A DNA stretch of 63,310 bases from Idiomarina sp. 34-48-12. GTDB lineage: Bacteria > Pseudomonadota > Gammaproteobacteria > Enterobacterales > Alteromonadaceae. The notes under the pieces were generated by a model, which saw only the letters and a list, made by a program, of their open reading frames with translations, had not been told where the DNA came from and did not search any database. Both the position numbers and the translations under genes were made by a program. This document shows positions 49,010 to 63,310 of the stretch, piece by piece (position 1 is the stretch's first letter; each line of letters begins with the position of its first letter). The DNA is taken from assembly GCA_002279005.1 (NCBI GenBank), contig NCJS01000010.1, positions 1 through 63,310 on the forward strand, read 5' to 3'.

Positions 49010-51391
49010 GTGCAGAATAACGTACAAGATTATGTGCTTTGGTATGATCAATTAGGGATGAATGACGTCGGCCGCGTGGGCGGTAAAAACGCATCGCTTG
49101 GTGAAATGATAAGTCATTTGGCAGGCGCTGACGTCGATGTGCCAAATGGTTTTGCTACCACGGCAGAAGCATTCAATGAGTTTCTCGAGCAAAGTGGCGT
49201 GAATGAGCGTATTCATGAAATTTTGGATGATCTGGATACCGACGATGTCAAAGCCTTGGCAGAAGCCGGCAAGAAGATTCGTCAGTGGGTTATCGAAACG
49301 CCATTCCAGCCAGAATTAGATCAAGCCATTCGAGCTGCCTACGAGCAGTTGAGCGGCGGTAACGATGAAGTCAGTTTCGCGGTACGTAGTTCGGCTACGG
49401 CAGAGGATATGCCCGACGCTTCATTCGCAGGCCAGCAAGAAACGTTTCTAAACGTTCGCGGTATTGATGCGATTATGGAAGCAATCAAGCACGTATTCGC
49501 TTCGTTGTTTAATGACCGCGCTATTTCATATCGTGTTCACCAAGGCTATGACCACCGCGGTGTCGCACTTTCAGCTGGTATTCAACGCATGGTACGTAGC
49601 GACATTGCCGCATCGGGCGTCATGTTCTCAATTGATACCGAGTCAGGCTTTGATCAGGTTGTGTTTATCACTTCATCTTATGGTTTGGGTGAAATGGTGG
49701 TGCAGGGCGCAGTCAACCCTGACGAATTCTATGTACACAAACCAACCCTTAAAGCCGATCGTCCAGCTGTATTGCGCCGTAATTTAGGAAGCAAAAAGAT
49801 TCAAATGATCTATTCGGATGCCACAGATCACGGCAAGCAAACCTCCATTGTTGATATCCCTGCAGAATTGTCTGACAAGTTCTCAATTACCGATGATGAA
49901 GTTGAAGCACTTGCGCGCCAAGCTGTGATCATCGAGCAACATTACGGTCGTCCGATGGACATCGAGTGGGCGAAAGATGGTATCGACGGTAAACTTTATA
50001 TTGTTCAAGCACGTCCAGAAACCGTGCAGTCGAACAAAACGGGTCAAGCGCTTGAGCGCTACGCGTTAAAATCAAAAAGTGATGTTATCGCAGAAGGTCG
50101 TGCTATCGGTCAAAAGATTGGCGCGGGTTTTGCGCGGGTTCTCAATGATATTTCAGAGATGGATAAAGTGCAGCCAGGCGATGTCTTGGTTACGGACATG
50201 ACTGACCCAGATTGGGAACCAATCATGAAGCGCGCTTCAGCGATTGTGACCAACCGAGGTGGGCGTACTTGCCATGCAGCAATTATTGCGCGTGAGCTCG
50301 GTATTCCGGCGGTGGTTGGCTGTGGCGATGCCACTGACAAGATTGTTGCTGGTACTGCGGTAACAGTATCGTGCGCTGAAGGTGATACAGGCTACATCTA
50401 CAACGGCGAGTTAGAGTTTGACGTGACCACGTCAGATGTTGGCGACATGCCAACACTACCATTAAAAATCATGATGAACGTGGGTAACCCTGATCGCGCC
50501 TTCGATTTTGCTAGCTTGCCACACGCCGGCGTTGGTTTAGCGCGGTTGGAGTTCATAATCAATCGTATGATTGGTGTGCACCCTAAAGCGTTGTTGAACT
50601 TTGACCAACAGAGCCCGGAGTTACAACAGCAAATTCGTGGTTACATGGCAGGTTACGAAAACCCACGCGAATACTATGTTGGTAAGCTTACCGAAGGTAT
50701 TGCCACCTTAGCTGCGGCGTTCTCACCAGAGCGCGTTATTGTTCGTATGTCTGATTTCAAATCGAACGAATATGCGAACTTGGTTGGCGGACGCCAGTAC
50801 GAACCGCATGAAGAAAACCCAATGCTCGGTTTCCGAGGTGCTTCACGTTATATTTCAGAAGAATTCCGTGATTGCTTCGCGATGGAATGTGACGCTATCA
50901 AACGCGTTCGTAATGATATGGGCCTGACCAATGTTGAGGTTATGATTCCATTTGTTCGTACCCTTGAAGAAGGTCGCAAAGTTATTGAATTGCTTGCCGA
51001 GCAAGGCTTGGTGCAGGGCGAAAATGGCTTGCGTGTCATTATGATGTGCGAATTACCATCAAACGCGCTATTAGCTGAGCAGTTCCTTGATATTTTTGAT
51101 GGCTTCTCAATTGGTTCAAACGATTTAACCCAATTAACCTTGGGTCTTGACCGCGATTCTGGTGTGATTGCGCATTTATTTGATGAGCGCAACGAGGCCG
51201 TAAAAGCAATGTTAGCTATGGCGATTCAAGCCGCGAAAAAGAAAGGCAAATACGTTGGCATTTGTGGTCAAGGACCATCGGATCATGCTGACTTCGCTGC
51301 GTGGTTGGTTGAGCAAGGCATCGATTCCGTATCGTTGAACCCTGACACGGTGGTTGAAACTTGGTTGTACCTAGCTGAGCATCACGCCTAA
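49010..51391 (+). CDS. ppsA: Phosphoenolpyruvate synthase
   Basis: [43 protein letters not shown]; GTG 49010 follows GAGGA. Confidence 0.97.
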   Translation: MQNNVQDYVLWYDQLGMNDVGRVGGKNASLGEMISHLAGADVDVPNGFATTAEAFNEFLEQSGVNERIHEILDDLDTDDVKALAEAGKKIRQWVIETPFQPELDQAIRAAYEQLSGGNDEVSFAVRSSATAEDMPDASFAGQQETFLNVRGIDAIMEAIKHVFASLFNDRAISYRVHQGYDHRGVALSAGIQRMVRSDIAASGVMFSIDTESGFDQVVFITSSYGLGEMVVQGAVNPDEFYVHKPTLKADRPAVLRRNLGSKKIQMIYSDATDHGKQTSIVDIPAELSDKFSITDDEVEALARQAVIIEQHYGRPMDIEWAKDGIDGKLYIVQARPETVQSNKTGQALERYALKSKSDVIAEGRAIGQKIGAGFARVLNDISEMDKVQPGDVLVTDMTDPDWEPIMKRASAIVTNRGGRTCHAAIIARELGIPAVVGCGDATDKIVAGTAVTVSCAEGDTGYIYNGELEFDVTTSDVGDMPTLPLKIMMNVGNPDRAFDFASLPHAGVGLARLEFIINRMIGVHPKALLNFDQQSPELQQQIRGYMAGYENPREYYVGKLTEGIATLAAAFSPERVIVRMSDFKSNEYANLVGGRQYEPHEENPMLGFRGASRYISEEFRDCFAMECDAIKRVRNDMGLTNVEVMIPFVRTLEEGRKVIELLAEQGLVQGENGLRVIMMCELPSNALLAEQFLDIFDGFSIGSNDLTQLTLGLDRDSGVIAHLFDERNEAVKAMLAMAIQAAKKKGKYVGICGQGPSDHADFAAWLVEQGIDSVSLNPDTVVETWLYLAEHHA

Positions 51392-51420
51392 TAGATACAT
51401 GCAATAAACGAGCGCGTTTT

Positions 51421-54400
51421 ATGTCGAATTCGGATCACGTATTACCGGTATTTACAGCATTTGAACGGCGTGAAGCGCGCGTCGAAACCATTTATCAAAA
51501 TTATTTGTTGGCCCTTGAACAGGCTGGCTTCGACGGTGATATCGACGGTTCGTATAGCGGCCGTTTGATTGCGGCAACTGACAACAGCGTCTATCAGCAG
51601 TTACCGCAAGCGGTTCTGTACCCGCGTACTACTGCGGCGGTGCAGCAAGCGTTCTCGCTCGCCCAACAAGATGCTTTTCGCAGTATTCAGTTTTCGCCAC
51701 GAGGCGGTGGTACCGGCACGAATGGTCAGTCGCTGACAGCTGGTATTGTGATTGATTTAAGCCGCTATTTTAATCAAGTACTCGAAATTGATGCGGATGC
51801 CTGCTGGGTTCGTTGCCAAACCGGGGTGGTCAAAGACGCGCTCAATGATGCCGTACGTGCCGATGGTCTGTTTTTTTCACCAGATTTATCTACCAGCAAC
51901 CGTGCCACCATTGGCGGTATGATCAATACCGACGCATCGGGGCAGGGCTCGTTGGTTTACGGTAAAACCAGTGACCACATCTTGGAGTTGAAAGCAGTTC
52001 TACTGAACGGTGAGTGCATCACCACGGCACCCAAGCCTTTAGCAGAGGCAGAACAAATTGCTAAGGGCGATAGTTTAGAAGCAGCAATTTATCGCCAAGC
52101 TATCACAACTTGCGTTGGGCAGCGTGCTGCAATTGACGACAAATTCCCGCCGTTGAATCGATTTTTAACTGGGTATGATCTGAAGCATTGTTATGATCCG
52201 GAACGTCAACAAATTGATATTTCTCGGTTATTGGCAGGATCAGAAGGCACCTTAGCTTGTATCGTTGAGGCTCGCCTGAACCTCACGACTATTCCACGGC
52301 ACAAAGTGCTGGTGAATGTGAAATACAGTGATTTCCATGCTGCATTACGCAACGCGCCGTTCTTAGTCAAAGCCAGGGCAACGTCGGTCGAAACCATTGA
52401 TAGTAATGTTTTAGATTTAGCCCGTAACGACATTATTTGGCATCAAGTGGCTGAGCAGCTACAAGACGTGCCAGATAAACCGATGCGCGGCATCAACATG
52501 GTGGAATTTACCGCTGTCGACGACGCTGAAATCAATGACAAAGTGAATTGGTTGACGAAGACGCTCGATGAGCTGATTCAAGCAGAGCCTGAATTGGGCA
52601 TTATTGGTTATCAGGTGTGTCGCGACGCGAAGAGCATTCAAACAATTTATGCGATGCGCAAAAAAGCGGTGGGTTTACTCGGTGCAACAAAAGGGCGTCG
52701 CAAGCCGGTTGCCTTTGCCGAAGATACGGCCGTTCCACCGGAACAGTTGGCTGACTTTATTGCCGAGTTTCGTACGCTACTCGATGCGCATCAATTGCAT
52801 TACGGGATGTTTGGTCATGTTGATGCTGGCGTGTTACATGTACGCCCAGCATTGGATATGACTGATCCTGCGGACGAAGTATTGCTGCGTAAAATTAGTG
52901 ACCAGGTAGCCGCACTGACTGCTAAGTATGGTGGTTTGATGTGGGGTGAGCACGGTAAAGGCTATCGCTCTGAGTATGCGCCTAGCTTTTTCGGTGAAGC
53001 GTTATATCAAGAAATACAAAAGATTAAAGCCGTTTTTGACCCAGATAATCGATTAAACCCTGGAAAAATTTGTACCCCTTGGGGATCAGATGCCCAACTG
53101 GTTTCAGTCGATGCCATCAAACGTGGTTACTATGACCGCCAAATACCTGTCAGTATTCGCGATGATTACCAAGCGGCGATGAACTGCAACGGTAATGGCC
53201 TATGCTTTAACTATGCTGCTGATTCAGCGATGTGTCCGTCGTTTAAAGCAACCGGCGATCGTCGTAATTCACCGAAAGGCCGAGCGACGCTTATTCGCGA
53301 ATGGTTACGCTTAAATGCCGCGCAGAACTTTGATCCATCAGGGTTTCCAAAGCAATCGCGTATCGAATTGTTGAAACAAGTTCCGAGTGCAGAGCAGTTC
53401 GACTTTAATCATGAAGTTAAAGCGGCTATGGATAGTTGCTTGGCGTGTAAAGCGTGCGCAAGCCAGTGCCCAGTCAAGGTTGATGTACCAAGCTTCCGTG
53501 CAAAATTTCTAGCCTGGTACTACGGTTTATATCGCCGACCGAGCAAAGATTATTTGGTCAAGAATGTCGAATCATTGGGCCGTGTTATGGCGAAGTGGCC
53601 ACGCTTTAGTAACTTCATTAGTCATAACCCACTAAGCGCGTGGATTACGCGAAAGTGGTTTGGTTATGTCGATGCACCAAAACTATCCGTTCCTTCAACA
53701 TCGGTGCGATGGAAAGCACACCAATGGCCGCAGTTCAATGAGGAACAATTAGCGCAGTTGACCGTTGAAGAGCGGCAGAAATACGTGGTGGTGGTGCAAG
53801 ACCCATTTACCAGTTTTTACGAAGCTGGTTTGCTAGAAGCCTTCGGAAAAATCGCCGAACAGTTGGGTTACAAGCCCGTTCTGTTGGCATTTAAAGGAAA
53901 CGGCAAAGCTCAGCATGTAAAAGGCTTTTTAAATGAGTTTAGCCGCACGGTGGATAGGGTTGTAGCGCAACTCAATAAAGTTGCAGCATTAGAGTTGCCA
54001 ATGATTGGGCTCGATGCATCCACGGTGTTATGTTTGCATGACGAATATCGCGATTACGCCAAGCAACCACTCAACTATCAGGTTCAGTTGGTGCAGGAGT
54101 GGTTGTTGGCTGTATTACCTGAGCGTGCATCAGCGCTGGCGATGAAATCACCGCAGCAAGCACTACAGCTATTATCCCACTGCACGGAACAAACAGCACA
54201 GCCAAAAGCAGCCAACGAATGGCAGCAGATTTTTAATTTCTGGCAAATTCCGCTACAGGTTGAAGCTACAGGATGTTGTGGTATGGCTGGCACGTTTGGC
54301 CATGAAATTGAAAATCAAGAGGTTAGCCAAACACTTTATGATATGAGCTGGCGTCAGAAGGTTGAAGAACCTGAAGTTATCACGTTAGCCACCGGCTTTT

Positions 54401-54483
54401 CGTGCCGTTCGCAAATAAAAAGAATGAGCACAAAAAAGCGGGCACTACACCCGCTGCAATGGTTAGCAGAAAACTGCGCTTAA
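51421..54483 (+). CDS. ydiJ: FAD-binding/Fe-S oxidoreductase YdiJ (D-2-hydroxyglutarate dehydrogenase-like)
   Basis: PRGGGTGTNGQ, GHVDAGVLHVRP, WGEHGKG, CLACKACASQCP, CCGMAGTFG. Confidence 0.88.
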   Translation: MSNSDHVLPVFTAFERREARVETIYQNYLLALEQAGFDGDIDGSYSGRLIAATDNSVYQQLPQAVLYPRTTAAVQQAFSLAQQDAFRSIQFSPRGGGTGTNGQSLTAGIVIDLSRYFNQVLEIDADACWVRCQTGVVKDALNDAVRADGLFFSPDLSTSNRATIGGMINTDASGQGSLVYGKTSDHILELKAVLLNGECITTAPKPLAEAEQIAKGDSLEAAIYRQAITTCVGQRAAIDDKFPPLNRFLTGYDLKHCYDPERQQIDISRLLAGSEGTLACIVEARLNLTTIPRHKVLVNVKYSDFHAALRNAPFLVKARATSVETIDSNVLDLARNDIIWHQVAEQLQDVPDKPMRGINMVEFTAVDDAEINDKVNWLTKTLDELIQAEPELGIIGYQVCRDAKSIQTIYAMRKKAVGLLGATKGRRKPVAFAEDTAVPPEQLADFIAEFRTLLDAHQLHYGMFGHVDAGVLHVRPALDMTDPADEVLLRKISDQVAALTAKYGGLMWGEHGKGYRSEYAPSFFGEALYQEIQKIKAVFDPDNRLNPGKICTPWGSDAQLVSVDAIKRGYYDRQIPVSIRDDYQAAMNCNGNGLCFNYAADSAMCPSFKATGDRRNSPKGRATLIREWLRLNAAQNFDPSGFPKQSRIELLKQVPSAEQFDFNHEVKAAMDSCLACKACASQCPVKVDVPSFRAKFLAWYYGLYRRPSKDYLVKNVESLGRVMAKWPRFSNFISHNPLSAWITRKWFGYVDAPKLSVPSTSVRWKAHQWPQFNEEQLAQLTVEERQKYVVVVQDPFTSFYEAGLLEAFGKIAEQLGYKPVLLAFKGNGKAQHVKGFLNEFSRTVDRVVAQLNKVAALELPMIGLDASTVLCLHDEYRDYAKQPLNYQVQLVQEWLLAVLPERASALAMKSPQQALQLLSHCTEQTAQPKAANEWQQIFNFWQIPLQVEATGCCGMAGTFGHEIENQEVSQTLYDMSWRQKVEEPEVITLATGFSCRSQIKRMSTKKRALHPLQWLAENCA
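54432..54455 (-). terminator. Probable terminator for leucine dehydrogenase, embedded in the ydiJ 3' end
   Basis: Minus strand AGCGGG-TGTAGTG-CCCGCT-TTTTT about 25 nt after the ldh stop. Confidence 0.6.
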
Positions 54484-55523
54484 CGCGCAGCTTTCGCCTT
54501 AGCAATCACTTCACGAGCCATTTGATCGGCAATCTCGCCAGTCGGGCGCTTTTCAGCAGCCGAACGTGTAAAGATTTGATCTAAGGTGTCGTAAATGTCA
54601 CGTACGCGCTTGTCAGTTTCTTCACGGCTCATGTTCGCCGCTTCGCTACAGACGTGAATAACACCGCCGGCATTAATTACGTAATCTGGTGCGTACAAGA
54701 TACCCATATCCATCACAATTTTGTCATGGGCAGGTGTCGCTAACTGATTGTTTGCGCTACCAGCAATGATTTTCGCTTTAATTTGCTTCAGCGTTTCATC
54801 ATTAATAGTTGCACCAAGTGCACATGGCGCATACACATCAACATCAAGGCCATAAATGTCGTCTAAGCCAACAACGGTAGCATTCAGCTCGTTTGCAGCG
54901 CGCTGACAAGCTTCTTCGTTAATATCGGTTACGAATAACTGAGCACCTTCTTTCGCGCAGTACTCGGCGAAATCGTAACCAACAGCGCCAAGACCTTGAA
55001 CAGCAATCTTCAACCCGTTGAGGTTATCGTTACCGAACTTATGCTTAGCGGCTGCTTTCAAACCTAAGTAAGTACCAAGTGCAGTATGTGGTGATGGGTC
55101 ACCAGCTTTTTCTGCAGTACCTGCAACGTAGCTGGTTTCTTCTGCAACATAGGCGATATCGCTGGTGCGAATATTGACGTCTTCTGCCGTGATATAACGA
55201 CCGCTAAGCGAGTTAACAAAACGACCATAGGCACGCATTAATTCTGGCGTTTTAATTGTTTTAGCGTCGCCGATGATCACTGCTTTACCACCACCAAGTG
55301 GCAAGCCGGCTAGGGCACTTTTGTAGGTCATACCGCGAGACAGACGAAGTACGTCGGTTAATGCTTCGGCCGACGATGCATAATTCCACAAGCGAGTTCC
55401 GCCTAATGATGGCCCAAGCGTGGTGTCGTGGATGGCAATGATTGCTTTCAAACCTGTTTCTTTATCATGACAAAACACGACTTGTTCGTGTTGGTCGAAC
55501 TCTTTGTGTTCGAATAGAGACAT
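54480..55523 (-). CDS. ldh: Leucine dehydrogenase (Glu/Leu/Phe/Val family)
   Basis: HEQVVFCHD, LGGTR, GMTYK, LGGGKAVI, YITAEDV, GLGAVG, GSANNQL. Confidence 0.9.
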   Translation of the reverse strand: MSLFEHKEFDQHEQVVFCHDKETGLKAIIAIHDTTLGPSLGGTRLWNYASSAEALTDVLRLSRGMTYKSALAGLPLGGGKAVIIGDAKTIKTPELMRAYGRFVNSLSGRYITAEDVNIRTSDIAYVAEETSYVAGTAEKAGDPSPHTALGTYLGLKAAAKHKFGNDNLNGLKIAVQGLGAVGYDFAEYCAKEGAQLFVTDINEEACQRAANELNATVVGLDDIYGLDVDVYAPCALGATINDETLKQIKAKIIAGSANNQLATPAHDKIVMDMGILYAPDYVINAGGVIHVCSEAANMSREETDKRVRDIYDTLDQIFTRSAAEKRPTGEIADQMAREVIAKAKAAR

Positions 55524-55608
55524 TCTAGGTATTCCTCGTTCATCCCAAAAATTGCGCGAACATTATCATTTTGACGGGTATTTCGCTAGTGAATTACTGA
55601 AATAAACT

Positions 55609-55626
55609 GTTAACGTTTACGTCAAC
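55609..55626. promoter_or_regulatory. LiuR-type operator upstream of ldh
   Basis: GTTAACGTTTACGTCAAC, 18-bp near-palindrome matching GTT.ACGTwwACGT.AAC. Confidence 0.7.
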
Positions 55627-55746
55627 TGTTGCAAGCAAAGTTTACACCCATAAAAACCGTTGCGTTTGTGCTTGAAAGCGGTAGTATTACTGGGTGTTTA
55701 CAGTGTATTTAACAACGAATAACAAGCAGTAAAGCGAGAATTAACT

Positions 55747-56165
55747 ATGGCAGAACAACAACCTGAAGCAATGACCGAAGAACAAGTGTCAGCTTGGGTT
55801 CGTGAGCATTTTCAGGCCGCTAACAAATATTTGGCGGAACAGGGAATTATTAGCGACCAAATTTTATCGAAAGATAGCCGTTATCTAGCGCCGTATGTCG
55901 CGGTGTGGAAATTTAATACGCAAGATAAGAAAACGTTGTGGGTGATTAACGGTGATGTGCCGACTGATGTCATCGGTGATAAAGCAGCGAAAGATGCCCG
56001 CGATGCCATGCGTTATTTTGCGTTGCGTTGGCAAATGCAAGCTGAAGGCGTGTTACAACAAGCTCAGAATGATCCTGAAAAGCAACGCTATGCACACTAT
56101 CTCGTCAATCGTGCAGAGAACCTTTATCAGTTGAGTACAAGTAAAGATTTGTGGCAGCAGCAAGG

Positions 56166-56169
<4 letters not shown>
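55747..56169 (+). CDS. Conserved hypothetical protein (DUF4826-like)
   Basis: WVREHFQAANKYLAEQG, SRYLAPYVAVWK, WVINGDVPTD; family recalled from memory. Confidence 0.7.
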
Positions 56170-59342
<3,173 letters not shown>

Positions 59343-59343
<1 letters not shown>

Positions 59344-60402
59344 CAGAGTAACACCTCGTGGTCAGCAAGGCGTTGTTCGATAATCATTGAATTCAACCTG
59401 AACTGAGCCATTCGGCATTGGGGTGACCCGACAAGGGATATCTTGCTGGCGGTAACGCGTTTTCACAACGCAGTTAAATGGCTGTTGCGGCTGTTCACGA
59501 TCGACCCAGTGCAACTGCCCAGCAATTAAACCAGTTGAATAAAGGCGCGGGTGATTTTTGCCTTGAGCCACAACCAAGACATTTCGTGCGACATCTTTAT
59601 CAACCACATACCAAGGCTCATCGCTGGCATCAGCCAAGCCGCCAATATGCAAACCTTTGCGTTGACCAAGGGTGTGATACATCAACCCTTCGTGCTGGCC
59701 AAGTTCAACACCGTCGACTGATTCAATTGGACCAGGTTGCGCAGGTAAATATTGCTGTAGGAAATCTTTAAATTTGCGCTCGCCAATAAAGCAAATACCG
59801 GTTGAGTCTTTTTTATCAGCAGTCACTAGCCCTTGTTGTTCAGCGATGCGACGCACCTCCGGCTTTTCGAGTTCGCCAACCGGGAATAAGGTTTGAGCAA
59901 CATGTGAGTGTGCCAAGGTATATAGGAAATAACTTTGGTCTTTATTGTTATCAAGGCCACGCAAAAGCTGGAACTTGCCGTTATGTTCGCGGCGGCGTAC
60001 ATAATGTCCAGTAGCGATATAGTCGGCACCTAAGGCGACAGCCGCAAACTCAAGGAAAGCTTTAAACTTAATTTCCTTGTTGCACATAATATCTGGATTT
60101 GGCGTACGCCCAGCCCGGTACTCTTCTAAAAAGTATTCGAAAACATTGTCCCAATATTCTGCGGCGAAATTAACGGTGTGCAACGGAATGCCTAGTTTTT
60201 CGCATACCGCCTCGGCGTCAGCTAAATCGCTGGCCGCAGCACAATATTCATCGGTATCGTCTTCTTCCCAATTCTTCATGAACAAGCCTTCAACTTGATA
60301 ACCTTGTTGCATGAGTAGGTACGCAGATACGGATGAGTCGACCCCACCGGACATTCCGACAATAACTTTTTTATTGGCGTTTTCGCTTGGCATCACAGAC
60401 AT
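59343..60402 (-). pseudogene. mnmA: tRNA 2-thiouridylase MnmA with C-terminal deletion and frameshift near 59385 (real or assembly error)
   Basis: [24 protein letters not shown] intact; after VEFN the AVTPGQSAVFY..CLGGG segment is missing and the native tail [13 protein letters not shown] is out of frame, ending in a TGATG overlap with hflD. Confidence 0.85.
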
Positions 60403-60442
60403 TTACTTCAATTACACTCACGGTTCATAATGGCGGCGGATT

Positions 60443-61060
60443 TTACCACACTGGAGGCTCTTCGCGCCACTCGCCTGGCTGTAAACCACGCAACAACCAT
60501 TTACCAATACCAGCGCGAATAAGACGAAGCGTTGGGTGACCAATGGCTGCCGTCATACGACGCACTTGACGGTTGCGGCCTTCGCTGATTTTGATACAAA
60601 GCCAGCAATCAGGAACACTTTTACGTTCACGTACTGGCGGGGTTCGCGGCCATAAGTTCATTGGCTCATCCATAATAAAAGCCTCGGCAGGTAACGTCAC
60701 GCCGTCATTCAATTCAACGCCAGCGCGTAATTGCTGTAATGCCGACTCGGTTGGAATGCCTTCAACCTGCACCCAATAGGTTTTGGTCATTTTGTGTTTT
60801 GGGTGGCTAATTTTGTGTTGTAGATCACCATCGTTGGTTAACAACAGTAACCCTTCACTGTCTTTATCAAGACGACCGGCAGGGTAAACATCGTTAAATG
60901 GCACAAGCCCCTTTAACGTCTGTTCATCTTCAGAGCCAGAAAATTGACTTAATACCCCATATGGCTTGTTCAAGAGTACGAGTTTAGGGTTAGCTGGGCG
61001 AGGGCGGCTCGGTGTTGTCTTGCGCCTTGAAAATCGACGTTGCGGTTTACCCGTGTTCAC
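60443..61060 (-). CDS. rluE: 23S rRNA pseudouridine(2457) synthase
   Basis: LNKPYGVLSQF, YPAGRLDKDSEG, EGRNRQVRRMTA; GTG 61060 has an AGGAG RBS. Confidence 0.9.
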   Translation of the reverse strand: MNTGKPQRRFSRRKTTPSRPRPANPKLVLLNKPYGVLSQFSGSEDEQTLKGLVPFNDVYPAGRLDKDSEGLLLLTNDGDLQHKISHPKHKMTKTYWVQVEGIPTESALQQLRAGVELNDGVTLPAEAFIMDEPMNLWPRTPPVRERKSVPDCWLCIKISEGRNRQVRRMTAAIGHPTLRLIRAGIGKWLLRGLQPGEWREEPPVW

Positions 61061-61186
61061 AAGAACTCCTTGAATTAACGAAAAACTTAGAAACACATTA
61101 TCCCACAAGTTCACAGTAATGACATTGGTAAGCGTTACGGGCATACCGTATAATTGCCAACGAAACACATTATGGAGAATATACGC

Positions 61187-61999
61187 GTGTCAAATAACTC
61201 AAATAATACGACACCTCAGGTGGCGGCTGGCGATTTTAGCCGAGCATTACGTGGTGAGATCAAGTTAACCGTTGGTCCTTTAATACAACGCGCATGGGAT
61301 ATCACCTTGCGCTCACTACCGTGGATGCTGGGCGTCTTTATTGCGGTAATGCTGCTGAATATGGTGGTTTCAGAAATATTAATGACCTTGTTGCCATATG
61401 ACGAACAAGCGATGGCGAACCCAGAGAATATTGACTGGGAACAAGTCAATCTTGGAAATTTTGCAATTAGTAGCCTATTGCAAGAGTTAATTTTAGCACC
61501 ATTTGCAGCCATGCTGATTTTTGTCGGTATGCTAAATGCTATTGACCAGAAACCCAACCTTGCCAAATTGCGTGGCGTTCTGCAATTTGCTCCGCAGCTC
61601 ATTTTAGTGGCGTTACTCAAGTTGACTGTGACGGTGTTAAGCGCAGGTATTGTTATTGGTGTTTTCTCGTTTATTAGTGTTGGCCTTGCTGTATTGCTAG
61701 GCGTGCTCGTTGCGATTTATTTACAACTGGTGATGATGCTAGCGGTACCGCTGATTATTGACCGCCAGTTGAGTGCCGTTCGTGCCTTAATAGGGTCGTT
61801 TTTAGTGATCAATAAAGCGATGTTTCCCGTACTTGGACTAATGGTAGTAGTCGGGATTATTGTTATTATCAGTGCATTACCTTTGTTATTGGGGTTGATA
61901 TTTACCTTACCGATGGCATTTAACGCGATTGGTGTTGTCTATAACTCACTTGTAGGAGTTGGAGGCAATAGTCAATCAGGTCAAGAGCTTACGGAGTAA
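61187..61999 (+). CDS. Integral membrane protein of unknown function
   Basis: About 6 hydrophobic segments, PLLLGLIFTLP C-terminal motif; GTG 61187 follows GGAG (start uncertain). Confidence 0.75.
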   Translation: MSNNSNNTTPQVAAGDFSRALRGEIKLTVGPLIQRAWDITLRSLPWMLGVFIAVMLLNMVVSEILMTLLPYDEQAMANPENIDWEQVNLGNFAISSLLQELILAPFAAMLIFVGMLNAIDQKPNLAKLRGVLQFAPQLILVALLKLTVTVLSAGIVIGVFSFISVGLAVLLGVLVAIYLQLVMMLAVPLIIDRQLSAVRALIGSFLVINKAMFPVLGLMVVVGIIVIISALPLLLGLIFTLPMAFNAIGVVYNSLVGVGGNSQSGQELTE

Positions 62000-62001
62000 T
62001 T

Positions 62002-62832
62002 ATGCGATTTTTAGGTTGGGTTGTTGCGGTCATTTTAGTTGTGTTGGCAATTTGGTTGCCAACACAACTTCACGTACAACCAGAAGGCGCTAATGAGTCG
62101 GAAACGTCATTAAAACTGCCACAGGTTGGCACTATTGTAGAAGTTCCTGATTTTAATCAATTTGCTGATGTGCGCGATAAAAAGCAGGCGTTTTTTAGTT
62201 ACTTGGCGCCAATTGTGCAAGTCGAGAACTCCGCGATTGAGCAAGAACGCGAACAGATTATTCGTATTCAAGAACACTTGGTTGCGGGTAATAAATTGTC
62301 GAATAAGCAAACAAAGGCGTTCGCAACCATCGCCAAGCGTTACAATGTTGAAGTTGATACTAATGATTATGAGGCGACGTTAGCGGTGTTGTTGCGTCGT
62401 GTTGACGTCGTTCCAGAGGCATTAGTGCTGGTTCAAGCTGCGAACGAATCGGGCTGGGGCACATCGCGTTTTGCCACTGAGGCGTTAAATTTCTTTGGCC
62501 AGTGGTGTTTCACAAAGGGCTGTGGTTTGGTGCCTGATGCTCGCGTAGATGGTATGAACCATGAAGTGCGTAAGTTCTCATCAGTCAACGCATCAGTTCG
62601 AAGCTATTTACGTAATATCAATACCCATCCAGCGTATTTTGAATTACGTCAACTGCGTGCGGAAAAACGAGCTGCTGGGGCGGATGTTCGTGCGCTCGAT
62701 TTAACCCCTGGTTTGTTAAGCTATTCAGAGCGGGGCGAAGAATACATTCACGAGTTAAATTCAATGATACGTGTTAATCGCCCAATTATTATCGATGTGC
62801 TTGAGCCTAGCTCAAATTCAGCACCCGAATAA
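62002..62832 (+). CDS. Bax-like glucosaminidase (GH73) domain protein
   Basis: N-terminal anchor, [40 protein letters not shown]. Confidence 0.85.
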   Translation: MRFLGWVVAVILVVLAIWLPTQLHVQPEGANESETSLKLPQVGTIVEVPDFNQFADVRDKKQAFFSYLAPIVQVENSAIEQEREQIIRIQEHLVAGNKLSNKQTKAFATIAKRYNVEVDTNDYEATLAVLLRRVDVVPEALVLVQAANESGWGTSRFATEALNFFGQWCFTKGCGLVPDARVDGMNHEVRKFSSVNASVRSYLRNINTHPAYFELRQLRAEKRAAGADVRALDLTPGLLSYSERGEEYIHELNSMIRVNRPIIIDVLEPSSNSAPE

Positions 62833-63310
62833 CTCCATTGCTGCCGGCTTGTTCTTGGTCGGCAGCATCATCTTCCTCGTTACGATAATTCAAAAACTCA
62901 GTTGGTGCACTGTGATCAAACGCTTGGTCACCATCAGGGTTTTCTTCGCCAGTTGCATGAATATTTTTAAAGTCGTACAGGGCAGGGTCTGCTAAGTGCG
63001 ATGGCACAATATTTTGTAGTGCCGTAAACATGCTTTCAATACGACCAGGATACTGACGATCCCACTGCTTTAATAAATCTTTGATGACTTTACGCTGTAG
63101 ATTTTCCTGCGAGCCACACAAGTTGCACGGAATAATCGGAAAATTCATATGCTCTGCATATTTGGCGATATCTTTTTCACGGGTGTAGGCAAGAGGGCGG
63201 ATCACAACATGTTTGCCATTGTCGCTGACTAACTTTGGCGGCATGGATTTCATTTTGCCACCATAAAACATGTTCAACATGAGTGTTTCGAGCATGTCAT
63301 CACGATGATG
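62807..63310 (-). CDS. ttcA: tRNA 2-thiocytidine(32) synthetase TtcA (partial; 5' part beyond window end)
   Basis: [40 protein letters not shown]. Confidence 0.93.
   Translation of the reverse strand, partial: HHRDDMLETLMLNMFYGGKMKSMPPKLVSDNGKHVVIRPLAYTREKDIAKYAEHMNFPIIPCNLCGSQENLQRKVIKDLLKQWDRQYPGRIESMFTALQNIVPSHLADPALYDFKNIHATGEENPDGDQAFDHSAPTEFLNYRNEEDDAADQEQAGSNGVIRVLNLS

Overview
Gene-dense core chromosome of a marine gammaproteobacterium; gene order and content fit Idiomarinaceae/Alteromonadales (inference, no search run). In order: sapC'-B-A, pspF/pspABC, a Met/Phe/Tyr catabolic block (Met gamma-lyase, phhA, phhB, phhR/tyrR, hppD, hmgA, FAA hydrolase, maiA), an S9 peptidase, rne/rluC, the yceD-rpmF-plsX-fabHDG-acpP-pabC-mltG-tmk-holB-pilZ-tatD cluster, an NSS transporter, ansA-sppA/ydjA, asnS, bioA/bioBFCD, pepE, htpX-class II DAHP synthase-DUF1338, ppsR/ppsA-ydiJ, leucine dehydrogenase, roxA-purB-hflD-mnmA-rluE, a Bax-like glucosaminidase and partial ttcA. 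I saw no tRNA, rRNA, CRISPR, IS, prophage or defence system, and no convincing new multi-gene system. The best leads are non-coding: a 150-bp element of inverted heptamer arrays between phhR and hppD whose left arm is also complementary to the hppD ribosome-binding region, and a candidate three-hairpin sRNA after tatD. Four core genes carry lesions (pabC frameshift, bioD and mnmA deletions, 18-bp duplication in the PpsR P-loop) that may be real or assembly artefacts.
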